This document shows, in pieces, positions 1 through 12,474 of a stretch of 55,169 bases of DNA (position 1 is the stretch's first letter; each line of letters opens with the position of its first letter). The position numbers and the translations under genes are program-made. Source of the DNA: Raillietiella orientalis. Lineage: Eukaryota. The stretch covers positions 62,001 through 117,169 of the forward strand of contig JAYWIR010000115.1 in NCBI GenBank assembly GCA_036172245.1, written 5' to 3'. The notes under the pieces were generated by a model that saw nothing but the letters and a program-made list of their open reading frames with translations, had not been told where the DNA came from and did no database searches.

Positions 1-193
1 GCCAATCCAGAAACAGGGAAATATCCGAAGAACCTCGGTTGAAAAAGTAGGTGAGCAAGAAGATCGCCATAAAGCGAGGACTTCCAGCTCAAACCCGCTA
101 TCCCTTCCCAAACCGGCAAACCATCAATATAACGTAGGGCTCTCTACGGCGGCTACGAAACCCGTAGCAAGCGGCGGCGCGCCGCGCAAAAAC

Positions 194-874
194 ATGCTGC
201 ATGCAGCCGACCCTCCACGGACTCGGCAAGAGAGGAGCAATCTCCCGACTGCCAAGAAGGTGGCTCCGCTGCCACCTTTGAAAGGCGTGGCGAAAGCGAC
301 GCCCCTAGAGGCGGCAGCGAAAACTCCGGAGGTTTCCGAGACGAACGTCCTGGAAGCGTTCGGAAATCGTGAAGGAGAATGGAAGGTTGTGGAGAGGAGA
401 AAAGAAAAACCTTCCAAGAAGGCTTCGCAACCTCCATCCGTTAGCTCTTTGAAGGCGCAGAACAGCCTCTTAGACAAGAAAACACGCGCGGAGGAAAAAG
501 CCAGCGCCGTCAACGCTTACAATTCCGCCTCTCTGAGCGCCGAGAAGACGATTCCGGTGCGATCGGAAGGATTCAAGGGTACGTCGATCGTGCGAGCATC
601 AAACTCTGTAAAGGAGTCCGATAACGACGCTGAACGACGTGTTACTTGCGCGGGAGCGAGCGTCCGCAGGGCTGAAGCCCTGAGGCATGACACACTCGCC
701 GCGGAACGCCGAGTGCTCGAACCGGAACCCACAGTTTCTGATCCCGGGGTGGTGGACTCGATAACGCGCAGCACGGTGAAGGCCGGTAGCGACCGCTCCC
801 TCCAGCCCGTCGTGCTGCTTACTGCCCGCTCGCCGGGTGAGCCGAGCACCACGGCCTCGCTATCCCAGCCGTGA
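194..874 (+). CDS. ORF1 (gag-like) C-terminal region of B1, partial
   Basis: Ala/Ser/Lys-rich ORF with WKVVERRK motif; its TGA (872-874) overlaps the ORF2 ATG (874-876). Confidence 0.7.
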   Translation: MLHAADPPRTRQERSNLPTAKKVAPLPPLKGVAKATPLEAAAKTPEVSETNVLEAFGNREGEWKVVERRKEKPSKKASQPPSVSSLKAQNSLLDKKTRAEEKASAVNAYNSASLSAEKTIPVRSEGFKGTSIVRASNSVKESDNDAERRVTCAGASVRRAEALRHDTLAAERRVLEPEPTVSDPGVVDSITRSTVKAGSDRSLQPVVLLTARSPGEPSTTASLSQP

Positions 875-1931
875 TGAGGGCAATCGCGTCTTCTCGTCGT
901 GTTGCGGTGGCGTGCTGGAACGGCAACGGTCTCCAACACGACAAGAAGAGGCGACTAGTAGCTAACGCTCTGCGCGCCTTCGACTTGACGCTCCTGCAGG
1001 AGATTCACAGCATCTCCGAAGAGCAGGCTGCCGAAATCGAACGTCGCGCGGGCGGAAGGCTACATTATAGGTGCGGCGTCGCACGTACGTGCGGCGTCGC
1101 TTTCGTTTTACGAAGAACTTCGGCGGGAGCGGTGCCCGGTGTTTGCTTCGATACGGAAGTCCGTGTGGGACAGCTTGAACTCAAGTGGTCCGACTCGATC
1201 GACCTTGTCGTAACGAACGTGTACGCGCTTAACGGTGCTGGATGATGGGCCGAAAGAATTGAGTTCTTCGGTACCGTTCAAAGCCAGTGGCTCACTCGAT
1301 CTCACCCTACTGTGGCCCATCTCATTGCGGGAGACTTTAACGTCCACCTGCTTTCCGAGAATAGCTTCCACAAAAGGGAAAAGTTTCTAGCGGAAGAGAT
1401 GTGCGCGGCCGTGCACGCGTCCAACTTTTTCGCTAGCGACCCTGTTCTGGCGACATCACCGGACCATGTATTCCTCGATGAATACTTGCTCTCTCGAGTG
1501 GGTCCGAGATGTTCCATGCCGTCCGTGCTTTCGGACCACATCAGGCACGAATTCGAGTTGCTCCCGCCAGGCAAGGGGCCTCCAAACTGTGTTTGGAGGA
1601 AGCCAGCAGACTGACTAAGTCACCCGGAGGCGGCGGAGCATCTTCGCCTGTACCTACGCGGCTTCGCCATAAGTGAGCTCGCTGACTGGGACGATCTGAA
1701 CAGATCGGTCCGCGAGTTTTGCTGCCAGTTTCCCTTGCACCAGCTCTCGCGCCGCTTCGGAGAAGGTGGAGGGAACAGCAGAAATTTTCTGCAGGCCCGC
1801 TCCTACTCCAGGCGCGCAGACGTTGGTCGATTATACGAGTACAAAGCCAAGGCTGAGCGCCAGGTCTGGCAGTCTGGAGCTACATTTCTGATCGACGACC
1901 AGGACCGGGAATGCTCGGCACCAGCCAATGT
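874..1931 (+). pseudogene. ORF2 apurinic-like endonuclease domain of B1 (disrupted)
   Basis: ORFs 871-1245, 1312-1614 and 1735-1968 carry consecutive APE motifs; homologous to the less disrupted 51892-52857. Confidence 0.9.
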
Positions 1932-2822
1932 TTGTCACCCGGATATGCCGGGGCATTTACTATTCTAATTTTGTACAAAAATTAGATAATAAAGTCTTTA
2001 AAAAGAAGTTTACTGTGGGGAAACACAGGGTTCTCCCACCTTGCTCGACGTGTCGGTTGCCGGTGCATAGACCGGTTAGGTTCATTTCCGAGGCACATGG
2101 GAAGAGAAAACTAGAACAAAAACAAACAAAAAGACAGATAACGGTGAGGGAAACAGTTATATGGAGAGAGGAATGGGGGCAGGGAAAAAATCACTGGGCG
2201 CCTGGGTCGGTCCTCCGCATCCTGTTGAGGATGCAGTCAAGTTCGGTTTTTATTGTGAAAGGTAGACGCCACCTTGTCGCCGTCTCTAAAGAGATCGTCG
2301 TTTAGTGGATGGCGTCCCTGCATCTTAAGCCTCTTCTCCTGGCGTGCCACCTTTGCACAATGCCGCTCACGCAGCAGAGGACTGCTAGAGACGCAGCGGG
2401 GCGCAGGCCGTCACTCAGAAAGAGGCGACGGAAAATTTCCTTAGGGTCGCCTACTGGAAGATGGAGGATTAAGGCGATTCGACTCCAGAGTCCATCCTGA
2501 GCGACACACTCGAGGGTGAGATGAGGGAAGGTTTCTCTTTCTCCGCACTCGACACAGCGGGCATCCACATTCCCCAGTGTCCAGTGAGACAGGCGTGCTC
2601 TGCTTAACAGTCCTAAGTGCAGAAATAGCAACGCCGTCTCCTGCAACATCAACGGGAGTGTGTTGCAATCCCAACACGCTGGGGGCCACTTCACCTCCTC
2701 CGGAAGTATTGCGACCAGCTCTCCCCAGCGCGCAAGTCCGTGAGGCGGGACGCTCGGGGTGGCAGCGTCCGTTAGCTCCCGAGTCGTCTACGCCTTTAAA
2801 GGTTTTTTGCGGCCTCGGAAAT
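1932..2822 (-). mobile_element. Family A copy A1, 5'-truncated (C-terminal CCHC + 3' UTR)
   Basis: CVECGERETFPHLTLEC in ORF 2302-2694; 3' stem-loop 1938-1952; flanked by CCAGCCAATGT (1921-1931) and CCAGCCGACGT (2823-2833). Confidence 0.9.
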
Positions 2823-2833
2823 CCAGCCGACGT

Positions 2834-5709
2834 TTGCCACCCGGATATGCCGGGGCATTTATTATTCTGATTTTTTACAAAAATTAGATAATAAAGTCTT
2901 TCAAAAGTTAATTGTGGGAAACACTTGGTTTTCCCACCTTGGTTGACGTGTCTGTTGTCGGTGCATAGACCGGTTAGGTCCATTCCCGAAGCGCATGGGA
3001 AGGGAAAACTAGAACAAAAACAAACAAAAAGAGAGATAACGGGGAGGGAAACAGTTGTATGGAGAAAGGGAGGAAGCAGGGAAGGGATCACTGTGCGCCT
3101 GGGTCGGTCCTCCGCATCCTGTTAAGGATGCAGTCAAGTTCTGCTTTTACTGTGAAAGGTAGACGCCACCTTGTCGCCGTCTCTAAAAAGATCGTCGTCC
3201 AGTGGATGGCGTCCCTGCATCTTGGGACTCTTCTTCTGGCGTGCCACCTTTGCACAATGCCGCGCACGCAGCAGAGGACTGCTAGAGACGCAGCGGAGCG
3301 CAGGCCGTCACGCAGAAAGAGGCGACGGTAAATTTCCTTAGGGTCGCTTTCTGGAAGATGGAGGATTGGGGCGATTCGACTCCAGAGTCCATCCAGAACG
3401 ACACACTCGAGGGTGAGATGCGGGAAGGTTTCTCTTTCTCCGCACTCGACACAGCGGGCATCCACATTCTTCAGTGTCCAGTGAGACAGGCGTGCTCTGC
3501 TTAACAGTCCCAGTGCAGAAATAGCAATGCCGTCTCCTGCCACTTGAACAAAAGTGTGCCGCAATCCCAACACGCTGGGGGCCACTTCACCTCCTCCGGA
3601 GGTACGGCGAGCAGCTCTTTCCAGCGCGCAAGTCCGTGAGGCTGGACGCCCGGGGTGGCAGCGTCCGTGAGCTCTCGAGTCGTCTATGCCTTTAAAGGTT
3701 TTTTTCTGCCTCGGATGAGGCAGGACACTTCCCACGATGCCAGCTCGTTGCTGCTCCTAGTGTTATTCAGGGAGGACAGAACGGGGGCAAGGGGACTGAA
3801 AGAAGCCCACAGAAACTTCCGGGGCGTGTTGATAATCTCCTGCAGCGGCTGTCGAGCGTACGGTCCTCGTCGTAGGCAGTTTTATTCCGCCTCGCTCGTG
3901 CCGTTGATCTTAGCCCACGCGGAAGCTGACTCCTGAAGCCAGGCAGTGCAGTTCGCGGGGATGCAGGAGATCCAGGTATTCTCCCTCATCAGGGCGACCA
4001 TCTGGCGCAAATCGGGGCCACAGTTGGAGAGGCTGCGCTGGTAGGCCACGAGGATCGAGGACAATCCTTCGCAGCCAGTCGCTCTTCTGGCAAGGAGCCG
4101 TGCAGGATCGCACCATGGCGTCATCCATAAGCTAGCCGCAAGGGCTAACTTCCGAAGTGTTGTCTGTAGTTGGATGCGCTCTAACGTAAGGAGGCTCAAG
4201 CCAGAATCCCTGCGTGGAGCGCACAAGTCTTTCTATCGAACTCGCGACCTCGCTGTGCCCCAAAGGCCAGTCCTCAGAAGGGCTTTGGTCCGTCTCTGTA
4301 TGATGGGAGGGGCGGGGCAAACAAAAAGTAAGGGGCGAAGGAGGGGGGCCAGGAACGCGTTCCACACCGCGGCCCGCTTCTGCAAGTAAAACTTGCCGTT
4401 CCGGAACGGGCCGATCGCCAACTCCACCTTTTGGAGACGGTCGGACCAGCCTTCTGCAACGTAGAAGTCCCCTAACGGAACGCCAAGGTACTTGAAGCAC
4501 CTGCCCGTCGGGATTTCCAAGCGGATCCAGTACGGCCGTCCGGCCCACGCCGTATTGTTTAAAAGTAGTGGTGATGCTAAAACGATGGAAGATTTCTTTC
4601 TGTTCACCTCGAGGCCCGTCCCGCGGCGCAGCAACTCAAAGAAATCTTCGAGCGCCGACGCCTGGGTGGACCCGGGGAGCAGGAGCAGAAGGTCGTCGGC
4701 GTAGGCCGACACGGCAGACGTGCCGGGACACGACCTTGGCAGGGTTGCCAGAGTCTCCCTGTATGCCCTCAGCACCAGCTCGAAGTAGATGCTGAAGAGC
4801 GTGGGGCTGAGACTGTCACCCTGCCTTATGCCACGCCGAACCGATACGTCGTACACGTGCCGGCCGCTAAAAGAGATGTTTATTTGAGCGAAGCGCCAGC
4901 AGGAGCGCAGGTGAGCCCGGAAGACGGCCGGGAATCCCAAGCGTTCCAGGAGCTCCAGAAGGAGTTCCTGGTCGACGCAATCGAACGCTTTACGCAGATC
5001 GACTGCGACCGCAAGGGCTCCTGGCGCGGCTCTTCCATGAAGGGCGTCCCCTTCTTGTTCTGAGGAGAATCCGGGATTCTCTTGACCTCCCTGCTCTTCG
5101 CTTTGTTGCAACTGCCACCATGTACTGGCGAGGAACAGGTTGGCCTCCATGCTTCGTCTGGGAACAGCGTATGTCTGCTGCGGACTCACCACGGATTCCG
5201 CTACCCGTCCCAGTCGCTCAGCCCAAATCGTGGCAAGCAACTTCGCATCCGCATTCACTACTGTGATGGGACGCCAGTTGCCTACGTTGCGATTGTCTCC
5301 TCCTTTCGGCAGGAGACGTACTCTAGCTGACCGGAACGATTTGGGGACGTCCCCTTGTTCTCGGATCAGCATGCAAACCCGATGCATCAAAGGGGCCAGC
5401 TCCGCCACGAAGCCTTGTTAAAATTCTGCGGGCAGACCGTCTTCCCCTGGTGCTTTCCTCTTTCTGAGCTTTCCGATGGCGGAGACGATCTCCGTCATCG
5501 AGAAAGGCTCCTCAAGTTGATGTGTCTGCTCCTCCTGTAGCGCGGGGGTGCCTTGCGGCAGCAAGCGCTGCGCCTCGACGCGCTCTGTTGTTCTACGCGC
5601 GTACAAGGAGGAGTAATAGTCCCGCAGGATTCGGTTTATTCTCGCCGGAGCTGAGCATTCCTGGCTTTGGGCGTCCAGCAAGCTGCCCGACCCGGATTTC
5701 CAGGCGCCG
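2834..5709 (-). mobile_element. Family A copy A2, 3' portion (linker, RT, CCHC, 3' UTR)
   Basis: KAPGEDG, NWRPITVVNADAKL, DLRKAFD, GIRQGDSLSP, YADD, KYLGV motifs; 3' stem-loop 2840-2854. Confidence 0.92.
4233..5408 (-). pseudogene. Non-LTR reverse transcriptase domain of A2
   Basis: 391-aa ORF with all core RT motifs including YADD; in-frame stop just upstream, near 5418. Confidence 0.92.
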
Positions 5710-5815
5710 TAAATAGAGATTGTGCTCCATTGCCATCTTTGAAGCCATCCGCGTTTTTGAACGTGGGCACTTTCGATGGCTCCGACACGCTCGTCATGGA
5801 CGCTGCGTTTGCCGT
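5710..5815 (+). mobile_element. Left stub of plus-strand host B2 (APE-RT linker fragment)
   Basis: Reads GTFDGSDTLVMDAA and continues after A3 as SAVQRVVKRNY (6571-6606), homologous to PADVQRIVRRYY. Confidence 0.55.
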
Positions 5816-6570
5816 TTGCCATTTGCCACCCGGATATGCCGGGGCATATATTATTCTAATTTTCTAGAAAAATTAGATAATAAAGTCTTTCAAAAGTTAA
5901 TTGTGGGAAACACTTGGTTTTCCCACCTTGGTTGACGTGTCTGTTGCCGGTGCATAGACCGGTTAGGTCCATTCCCGAGGCGCATGGGAAGGGAAAACTA
6001 GAACAAAAACAAACAAAAAGAGAGATAACAAGGAGGGAAACAGTTGTATGGAGAGAGGGAGGAAGCAGGGAAGGGATCACTGTGCGCCTGGGTCGGTCCT
6101 CCGCATCCTGTTCAGGATGCAGTCAAGTTCTGTTTTAACTCTGAAAGGTAGACGCCAGCTTGTCGCCGTCTCTAAAGAGATCGTCGTCCAGTGGATGGCG
6201 TCCCTGCATCTTGGGCCTCTTCTTCTGGCGTGCCACCTTTGCACAATGCCGCGCACGCAGCAGAGGACTGCTAGAGACGCAGCGGGGCGCAGGCCGTCAC
6301 GGTAAATTTCCTTAGGGTCGCCTACTGGAAGGTGGAGGATTGGGGCGATTCGACTCCAGAGTCCATCCAGGGCGACACACTCGAGGGTGAGATGCAAGAA
6401 GGTTTCTCTCTCTCCGCACTCCACACAGCAGGCATCCACATTTCCCAGTGTCCAGTGAGACAGGCGTGCTCTGCTTAACAGTCCCCAGTGCAGAAATAGC
6501 AACGCCGTCTCCTGCCACTTCAACGGAAGTGTGCCGCAATCCCAACACGCTGGGGGCCACTTCACCTCCT
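5816..6570 (-). mobile_element. Family A copy A3, 5'-truncated
   Basis: Near-identical to the A1/A2 3' ends; stem-loop 5829-5843; flanked by GCGTTTGCCGT (5805-5815) and GCGTCCGCCGT (6571-6581). Confidence 0.9.
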
Positions 6571-8790
6571 GCGTCCGCCGTACAGCGCGTAGTCAAGCGC
6601 AACTACGAGAGCTTTTGGAACGTCTGGGTCTTCCGGCATCCCTGTTGGCGTCCTTGCTTTCCTGCAGGCGCCACGGGATTACATCCATTGTTTTCAGTGG
6701 CTGTCACGTGTACGACGTGCCGGTTAGGCGAGGAATTAGGCAGGGCGATAGCTTGAAGCCGCTGCTCTTTAGCATCTATTTTGAAATGGTTCTAGAGGCT
6801 TACAGGCTGACGCTGGCCAACCTGCCGAGCTCCTCTTCAGGTACGCCGGCCGTGGCAGCCTATACCAACGACCTGCTTCTTCTGTTGCCCATGTCCACCC
6901 CGGCGGCGTCGCTTGAAGATTTCTTTGAGTTGATCCGTCGCGGTGCGGGCGTGAGCGTCAACACAAGCAAGAGCCTGGTTGTTCCGGTTGGAGCGACGTG
7001 GGAGGGGCAGTCCGACTGGATCCGCCTGGGGATCCCCACGGGCAGGTATCTAAGGTACCTTGGCGTGCCGTTAAGCGACTTCTGCATCTCAGAAGCGTGG
7101 TCAGACTGCCTTCGGAAGGCAGAGCGTGCACTTGGCCCGTTCTCAGGAGGCGAGTTCGTCTTGCCGGAACGAGCCAGCATCTGGAACACCTTCGTTGCTT
7201 CCCTCCTCCGTCCTCAGTTTTTTGTTTGTCCACCCCCCCAGGAAGTCAAAGTCTGGGCGCAGCACCTTCTACGCAAAGCGTTGTGGGGCGCTGCAAGATC
7301 CCGTGTTAGACTTAAATTCTTGGTGGCGCCGCGTCAGGATGCAGGCTTGGGCATCCTCGACTGAAACAGTATGGACCTGCAGGTGCAGTTTCGCATTCTG
7401 CGTCTCTGTGCTTAGCTGTAGTGTACGCCGTGGTGCTTACCCGTACGCTTTCTACTGAGGCGTTGTACGGGAAGCGAGGGACTGCTTTCGTTGCTGCCCC
7501 ATTTTCGGCACATCAGAATAGAGTTTGCCTTTCCGCTGAGGCAGCTTTCCTCACTGTTGGAAGCCCAATGCTGTATCTCCTGCCGCTGTATGAACATTAA
7601 TGCATGACGGCAGGAATCTTTCTCATCGTGGGCAGCTTCCGAAGGAACGCGCATGGAAGATCTTCGACGCCTGCAACTTCTCTTCAGTCATCCAATGGAC
7701 GATATCATGCAGGACAAGAAGTCGAATCGTCTGCGCACAATACTACTCGCCTCAGCGCTGTTTGCCCAGAGGGAAAGCAACGACGGTTGCCTACCGGAGG
7801 AATGGGAGTTCTCCTGCAAAATCGCGGGAGACAGTAAGCTCCTCGGCAGCTGGACGACAAAGGAGCTGGTGCAAGCCGCCACTCCTCGGAATCGGGCGAT
7901 GGGCCTGCTTCGGTGGAGGGAACATTTAAGTGTGCCCCCCGGAGAGATAGTCGTTCCCCCCGTTTGTTTGTACAGCTCCGTGTTCCCCCTAAAGTGGAAA
8001 CAAGATGTGCTGCTCTTTTTACATTGCGCATTACACTGTAATAGGCATCGAAGCATCGTTTCCGGGGGAGCTGCTTTGCCAAACTGTTCAAGGTGCCAAG
8101 AGATCGAGTCTTTTCCGCACCTTTAGCTGGACTGCGGTGACCTCCGGGAACTGTGGCGAAGGCTCACTTCGGCCACCATGTCACAAGGAGGCACTGCCAT
8201 TGATGTGCTGCGGCGCTTCTTCAGCAGAAATGGACTTTCGGTTGGCGCGATTGTCGCAACCATGTGTTGCGTTCGCGCCATCGTGAAGGCCCGCTAAGCC
8301 CTGGAGTTGTCATTGCAGCGAAGGGAGGCTCACCTGCTTGCAGCTCAATTCATGGAGAAGGCTTCAAGGTGGTCTCATCTTCGTGACAAGGTGAATGAGG
8401 ACATCAGCGGCATACATCGCTGGTTTACACACCTTTGAGAACGGCGAAATCCGGTGACCTCTGCGACCTCTCGCCCACCCATACTCCGTCCCCATTCGCT
8501 CGGTAAAATTTCCGGTTCCCATGCTTTTATGCCCGTGTCTTCCAGAGCGATCCCAAAGACCCTTATCCCGTCCTCCTTATCCATTGTTTTTATTTTATTT
8601 TGGTTTCTTTGTGTTCCCCGCCCTTCCCACACCGTTCGCAAAACTGTTACTCTGGCCTGCGTGCCAGCAATATTCTCTTCATTCTTGTTCAGTCGTCGGT
8701 TGGGAGTTTGGTTCCCAACTGGTTTATTTTATATAATTGTTTTTTGTTTATGTTATATGGAATAAACGCCTTGGCGTGACCGGGTGAGAA
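6571..8790 (+). mobile_element. Family B copy B2 (internally deleted; RT C-half, CCHC, 3' UTR)
   Basis: GIRQGDSL, YTNDLLL, RYLGV, GLGI, CSRCQEIESFPHL; collinear with about 10300-12474; AATAAA at 8761 followed by the stem-loop. Confidence 0.9.
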
Positions 8791-9606
8791 ATCCTCCGGG
8801 CTTGATCTGCGGAGATCACGTGGATCTCCTGCAGCAGCACCAGGTCGAAGGATGCCAAGGTGGCGGCCACGTCACGCGTCTTGCCGTCGTTGCTTAGCCC
8901 GTTGACGTTCCAGCAGGCGATCAGCAGACGACGATTGGAGGCGATTCCCGGCTTTATTGCTGGTAAGGTGTCGCTGCAGCACCTGCCGCGGGGCAAATGT
9001 TGGGGATGTCCATGGGGACGGAGGCCTCTTCAGGCACCAGATGCACCTGTTCGGCTTCCACCCCCTCCATCCCCTTCGTGTGGGAGCGTGGGATTCTCTC
9101 TGGCAACGGATCCCGGAAGTTTACCACGCTCAGCGCACCATCGCTGAAGGAAGCCATCTCTTCCCCTTCGTCGGGGAGACGATCATCTTGGGCTTTGGGG
9201 ACTTTCGTCCAGTTCTTTTGCGAGGTGCGCTGCAGATATAAGCTGAGCTTCCGGCCTCTACCTCAAGGCCGGAAGTAAGGGACTTCTGAGGGGAGGCCGG
9301 ACGCCTGACGGCCTTCTTTCCAGCCTTCGGGGCAACCGGCTGCAAAGAGGCAGCCAGTTCCTCCGCGACGCGCTCGAAGGCGACGTCCTCAAGCGTGGGC
9401 TCGATGACGGACGCCGCCGCCTCGCTCCACTCCTTGTTGACTTCGTCAACGGAGGGTTGAGCGGAGGCAGCAGGGAGTTCTTTAGCGCCGCATTCGTCGA
9501 TGGCGGAAATCCGCTCTACGTCGACGCAGCAGCTTTTGTTTTTTTCGCAGCGCGGAGCGGTTTCGCTCCTATCCGCCACGTTCTTTTCCTTTTTAGGGAA
9601 GTTTTT
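8791..9606 (-). mobile_element. 5' portion of A2 (ORF1 C-terminus + APE N-terminus)
   Basis: IACWNVNG...LLQEIHVISADQARRI cut at 8791. The right end abuts CCAGCCGACGT (9607-9617), identical to 2823-2833, which links it to A2. Confidence 0.8.
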
Positions 9607-12474
9607 CCAGCCGACGTGCAGCGGATAGTCAGGCGCTATTACTCTTCTCTGTATGCAGAGGCACCAACGGCACGCAGTCTCTCCGAGCTGCTTCTGCCGA
9701 TTCATGCACCTGTTGTAGACGAGGAGGAACGCGCGCGTCTCAATGAGCCTTTCACGGCAGAGGAAATTTCTTCGGCCATCTCGCGGCTTAAGAGACGAAA
9801 AGCGCCAGGCAAGGATGGACTCCCCACAGAATTCTTCCAGAGCTTAACGGCGGAGCTCATCCCCCTGGTTCTTCAACTCTCATCGCTGATGCGAGACGCG
9901 GGCGATATCCCCGCCTCGTTTCGCTCACCGAAGGTGCGTCTCCTGCCGATAGGCGGAGATTCGCGTCTACTGAACAATTGGCGTGCGATCCCCTTAGTGA
10001 ATTCGGACGTCATGTTGTTCTCGAAACTTTGGGTGGCGCGGATGGGGAGGATCGCGGAGTCTTTGGTAAGTCCGGAGCCGACCTACGCTGTTCCTGGGCG
10101 CTCCATGGACGCGAACCTCTTACTCCTCCGCACATGGCTGCAATTGCAGCATCGCGTGGCGAAGGATCGTCGTGCGGAAGCAACGCCTTCGATCTCTGAC
10201 CGACGGAGGCGCGGGTCACAAAGGGAAACCCCGGGAGCCTTGGCGGTTGCAGTCGATTTGCACAAACCTTTCGATTGCGTGAACCAAAAGCTTCTTCTTG
10301 AGCTCTTGGAACGTTTGGGCCTACCGGCATCCCTGTTGGCGTACTTGAGCTCTTTGCTGGCGCCACGGGATAACATCCATTGTTTTCAGTTGCTGTCACG
10401 TGTACGGCGTGCCAGTTTGGCGAGGAATTAGGCAGCGCGATAGCTTAAGCCCGCTGCTCTTTGGCATCTACTTTGAAATGGTGCTGGAGGCTTAGAGGCT
10501 GACGCTAGCCAACCTGCCGAACTCCTGTCCAGGTACGCCGGCAGCGGCAGCCTATGCCGACGACCTGCTTCTCCTGTTGCCCATGTCCACCCCGGCGGCG
10601 TCGCTTAAGATTTCTTTGAGTTGATCCGTCGCGGTGCGGGCGTGAGCGTCAACAGGAGCAAGAGCATGGTTGTTCCGTTTGGAACGACGTGGGAGTGGCA
10701 GTCCGACTGGATCTGCCTGGGGATCCCCACGGGCAGGTACCTCAGGTACCTTGCCGTGCCGTTGGGCGACTTTTGCATCTCAGAAGCGTGGTCGGACTGC
10801 CTTCGGAAGGCAGAGGGTGCACTTGGCCCGTTCTCAGGAGGAGAGATCGTCTTGCCGGAACGGGCAGCATCTGGAACACCTTCTTTACTCCCCTCCTCCG
10901 CCCCCTGTTTTTTGTTTGTCCACCCCCCCAGGAAGTCAAAGTCTGGATGCAGCGCCTCCTACGCAAAACGTTGTGGGGCTCTGCAAGATCCCGCGCAAGA
11001 CTTAAAGACTTGGTGGCGCCGCGTCAGGATGCAGGTTTGGGCATCCTAGACTTAAAAAGCATGGAGCTGAAGGTGCAGTTTCGAATGCTGCGGCTCTGTG
11101 CCAAGCTGTGGTCTACGCCGTGCTGCTTATCCGCACGACTTATACTAAGGCGATGCACGGGAAGCGAGGGACTGCTTGCGTTGCTGCCCCACATTCGGCA
11201 CATCAGAATAGGGTTTGGCTTCCCGCTGAGGCAGCTGTCCTCACTGCTGGAATCCCAATGCTGGATCTCCTGCCGCCCCATCAACATTAATGCATGGCGG
11301 CAGGAATCTTTTTCATCGTAAACAGCTTTAAGGGAACGCGTTCGGAAGATCTTCGGCGCCTGCGACTTTTCCTCAGTCATCCAATGGACGAAGTCATGCA
11401 GCACAAGAAGATGTCGGATCGTCTGGCCGCCACACCGCTCGCCGCAGCGCTGTCTGCCCTCAGGGCAAGCAACGACAGTTGCCTACCGGCGAAATGGGAG
11501 TTCTCCTGCTCAATAGCGGGAGTCATTAAGCTCCTCGGCTACTGGACGACAAAGGAACTGGTGGAAACTGCTACTCCTCGCAATCAGGTGAAGGGCCTGC
11601 TTCGGTGGAGTGAACATTTAAGTGTACCTCCCGAAGAGATAGTGGTCCCCTCTGTTTGTTTGGACAGCTCTGTGTTCCCCCTAAAGTGGAAACAAGATGT
11701 GCTGCTCTTTTTACATTGCGCATTACACTGTAATAGGCAGCGAAGCATCGTTTCCGGGGGAGCTACTCCGCCAAATTGTTTGAGGTGCGGTGAGATCGAG
11801 ACTTTTCCGCACCTCATGATGGACTGCGGTGACCTCCGTGAACTGTGGCGAAGGCTGATTACAGCCATCCTGCCGCAGGAAGGCACTGCCATTGATGCTC
11901 TGCGGCGCTTCTTCAAGAGGAATGGATTTTCGTTAGGCGCGATTGTCGCAACCATGTGTTGCATTCGCGCCATCGTTAAGGCCCGCTACGCACTGGAGTT
12001 GTCAGCGCAGCGAAGGGAGGCTCACCGGTTTGCAGCAGAATCCATGAGAAACGCTGCTAAGTGGTCTCATCTTCGTAACGAGGTCAAAGAGGACATCGTC
12101 GGCATCCACCGCCGGATTACAGACTTTTAGGAACGGCTTTATCCGGTGACCACTACGTCCTGAAGCCTACCCATACCCGTTCCTTGCTCGCTCTGCTAAA
12201 ATACCGGTGCGATTACTATAATCCCGGAGAGAACCAGAGCTATCCCAAAGACCCTTGTCCCCGCGTCAACCGTGGATTTCTTCTTTTGTTTTTGTTTGAT
12301 TGTTTTCTCAGTTCCCTCAAACCGTTCTGTGTAATTCTGGCCTGCGTGCCAGCAGTATTCTCTTGACACTTGTGCCGTCGTCGGCTGGGGGCATGGTACC
12401 CAACTGGTTTATTTTATATATTTATTTCTATTGTATTTATATGAAATAAACGCCCCGGCGTGACCGGGTGAGAA
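9607..12474 (+). mobile_element. Family B copy B1, 3' portion (linker, RT, CCHC, 3' UTR)
   Basis: KAPGKDG, DLHKPFD, YADD (gcc tat gcc gac gac near 10550), CLRCGEIETFPHLMMDC; AATAAA 12445-12450 and stem-loop 12454-12468. Confidence 0.9.

Larger units (their letters stand above)
1..1931 (+). mobile_element. L1/Tx1-type non-LTR retrotransposon, family B copy B1, 5' portion (ORF1 C-terminus + APE endonuclease), interrupted at 1931
   Basis: Low-complexity ORF1 tail 194-874, then APE motifs WNGNG, LLQEIH, NVYA, GDFN, SPDH, SDH with stops and frameshifts. Ends at ECSAPANV; the frame resumes at 9607 (PADVQRIVRRYYSSLY). Confidence 0.9.

Noticed and set aside
1928..5850. Recurring about 40-bp palindromic unit as a CRISPR-like repeat
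   Set aside because: Spacing is kilobases and irregular; the units are retrotransposon 3' ends.
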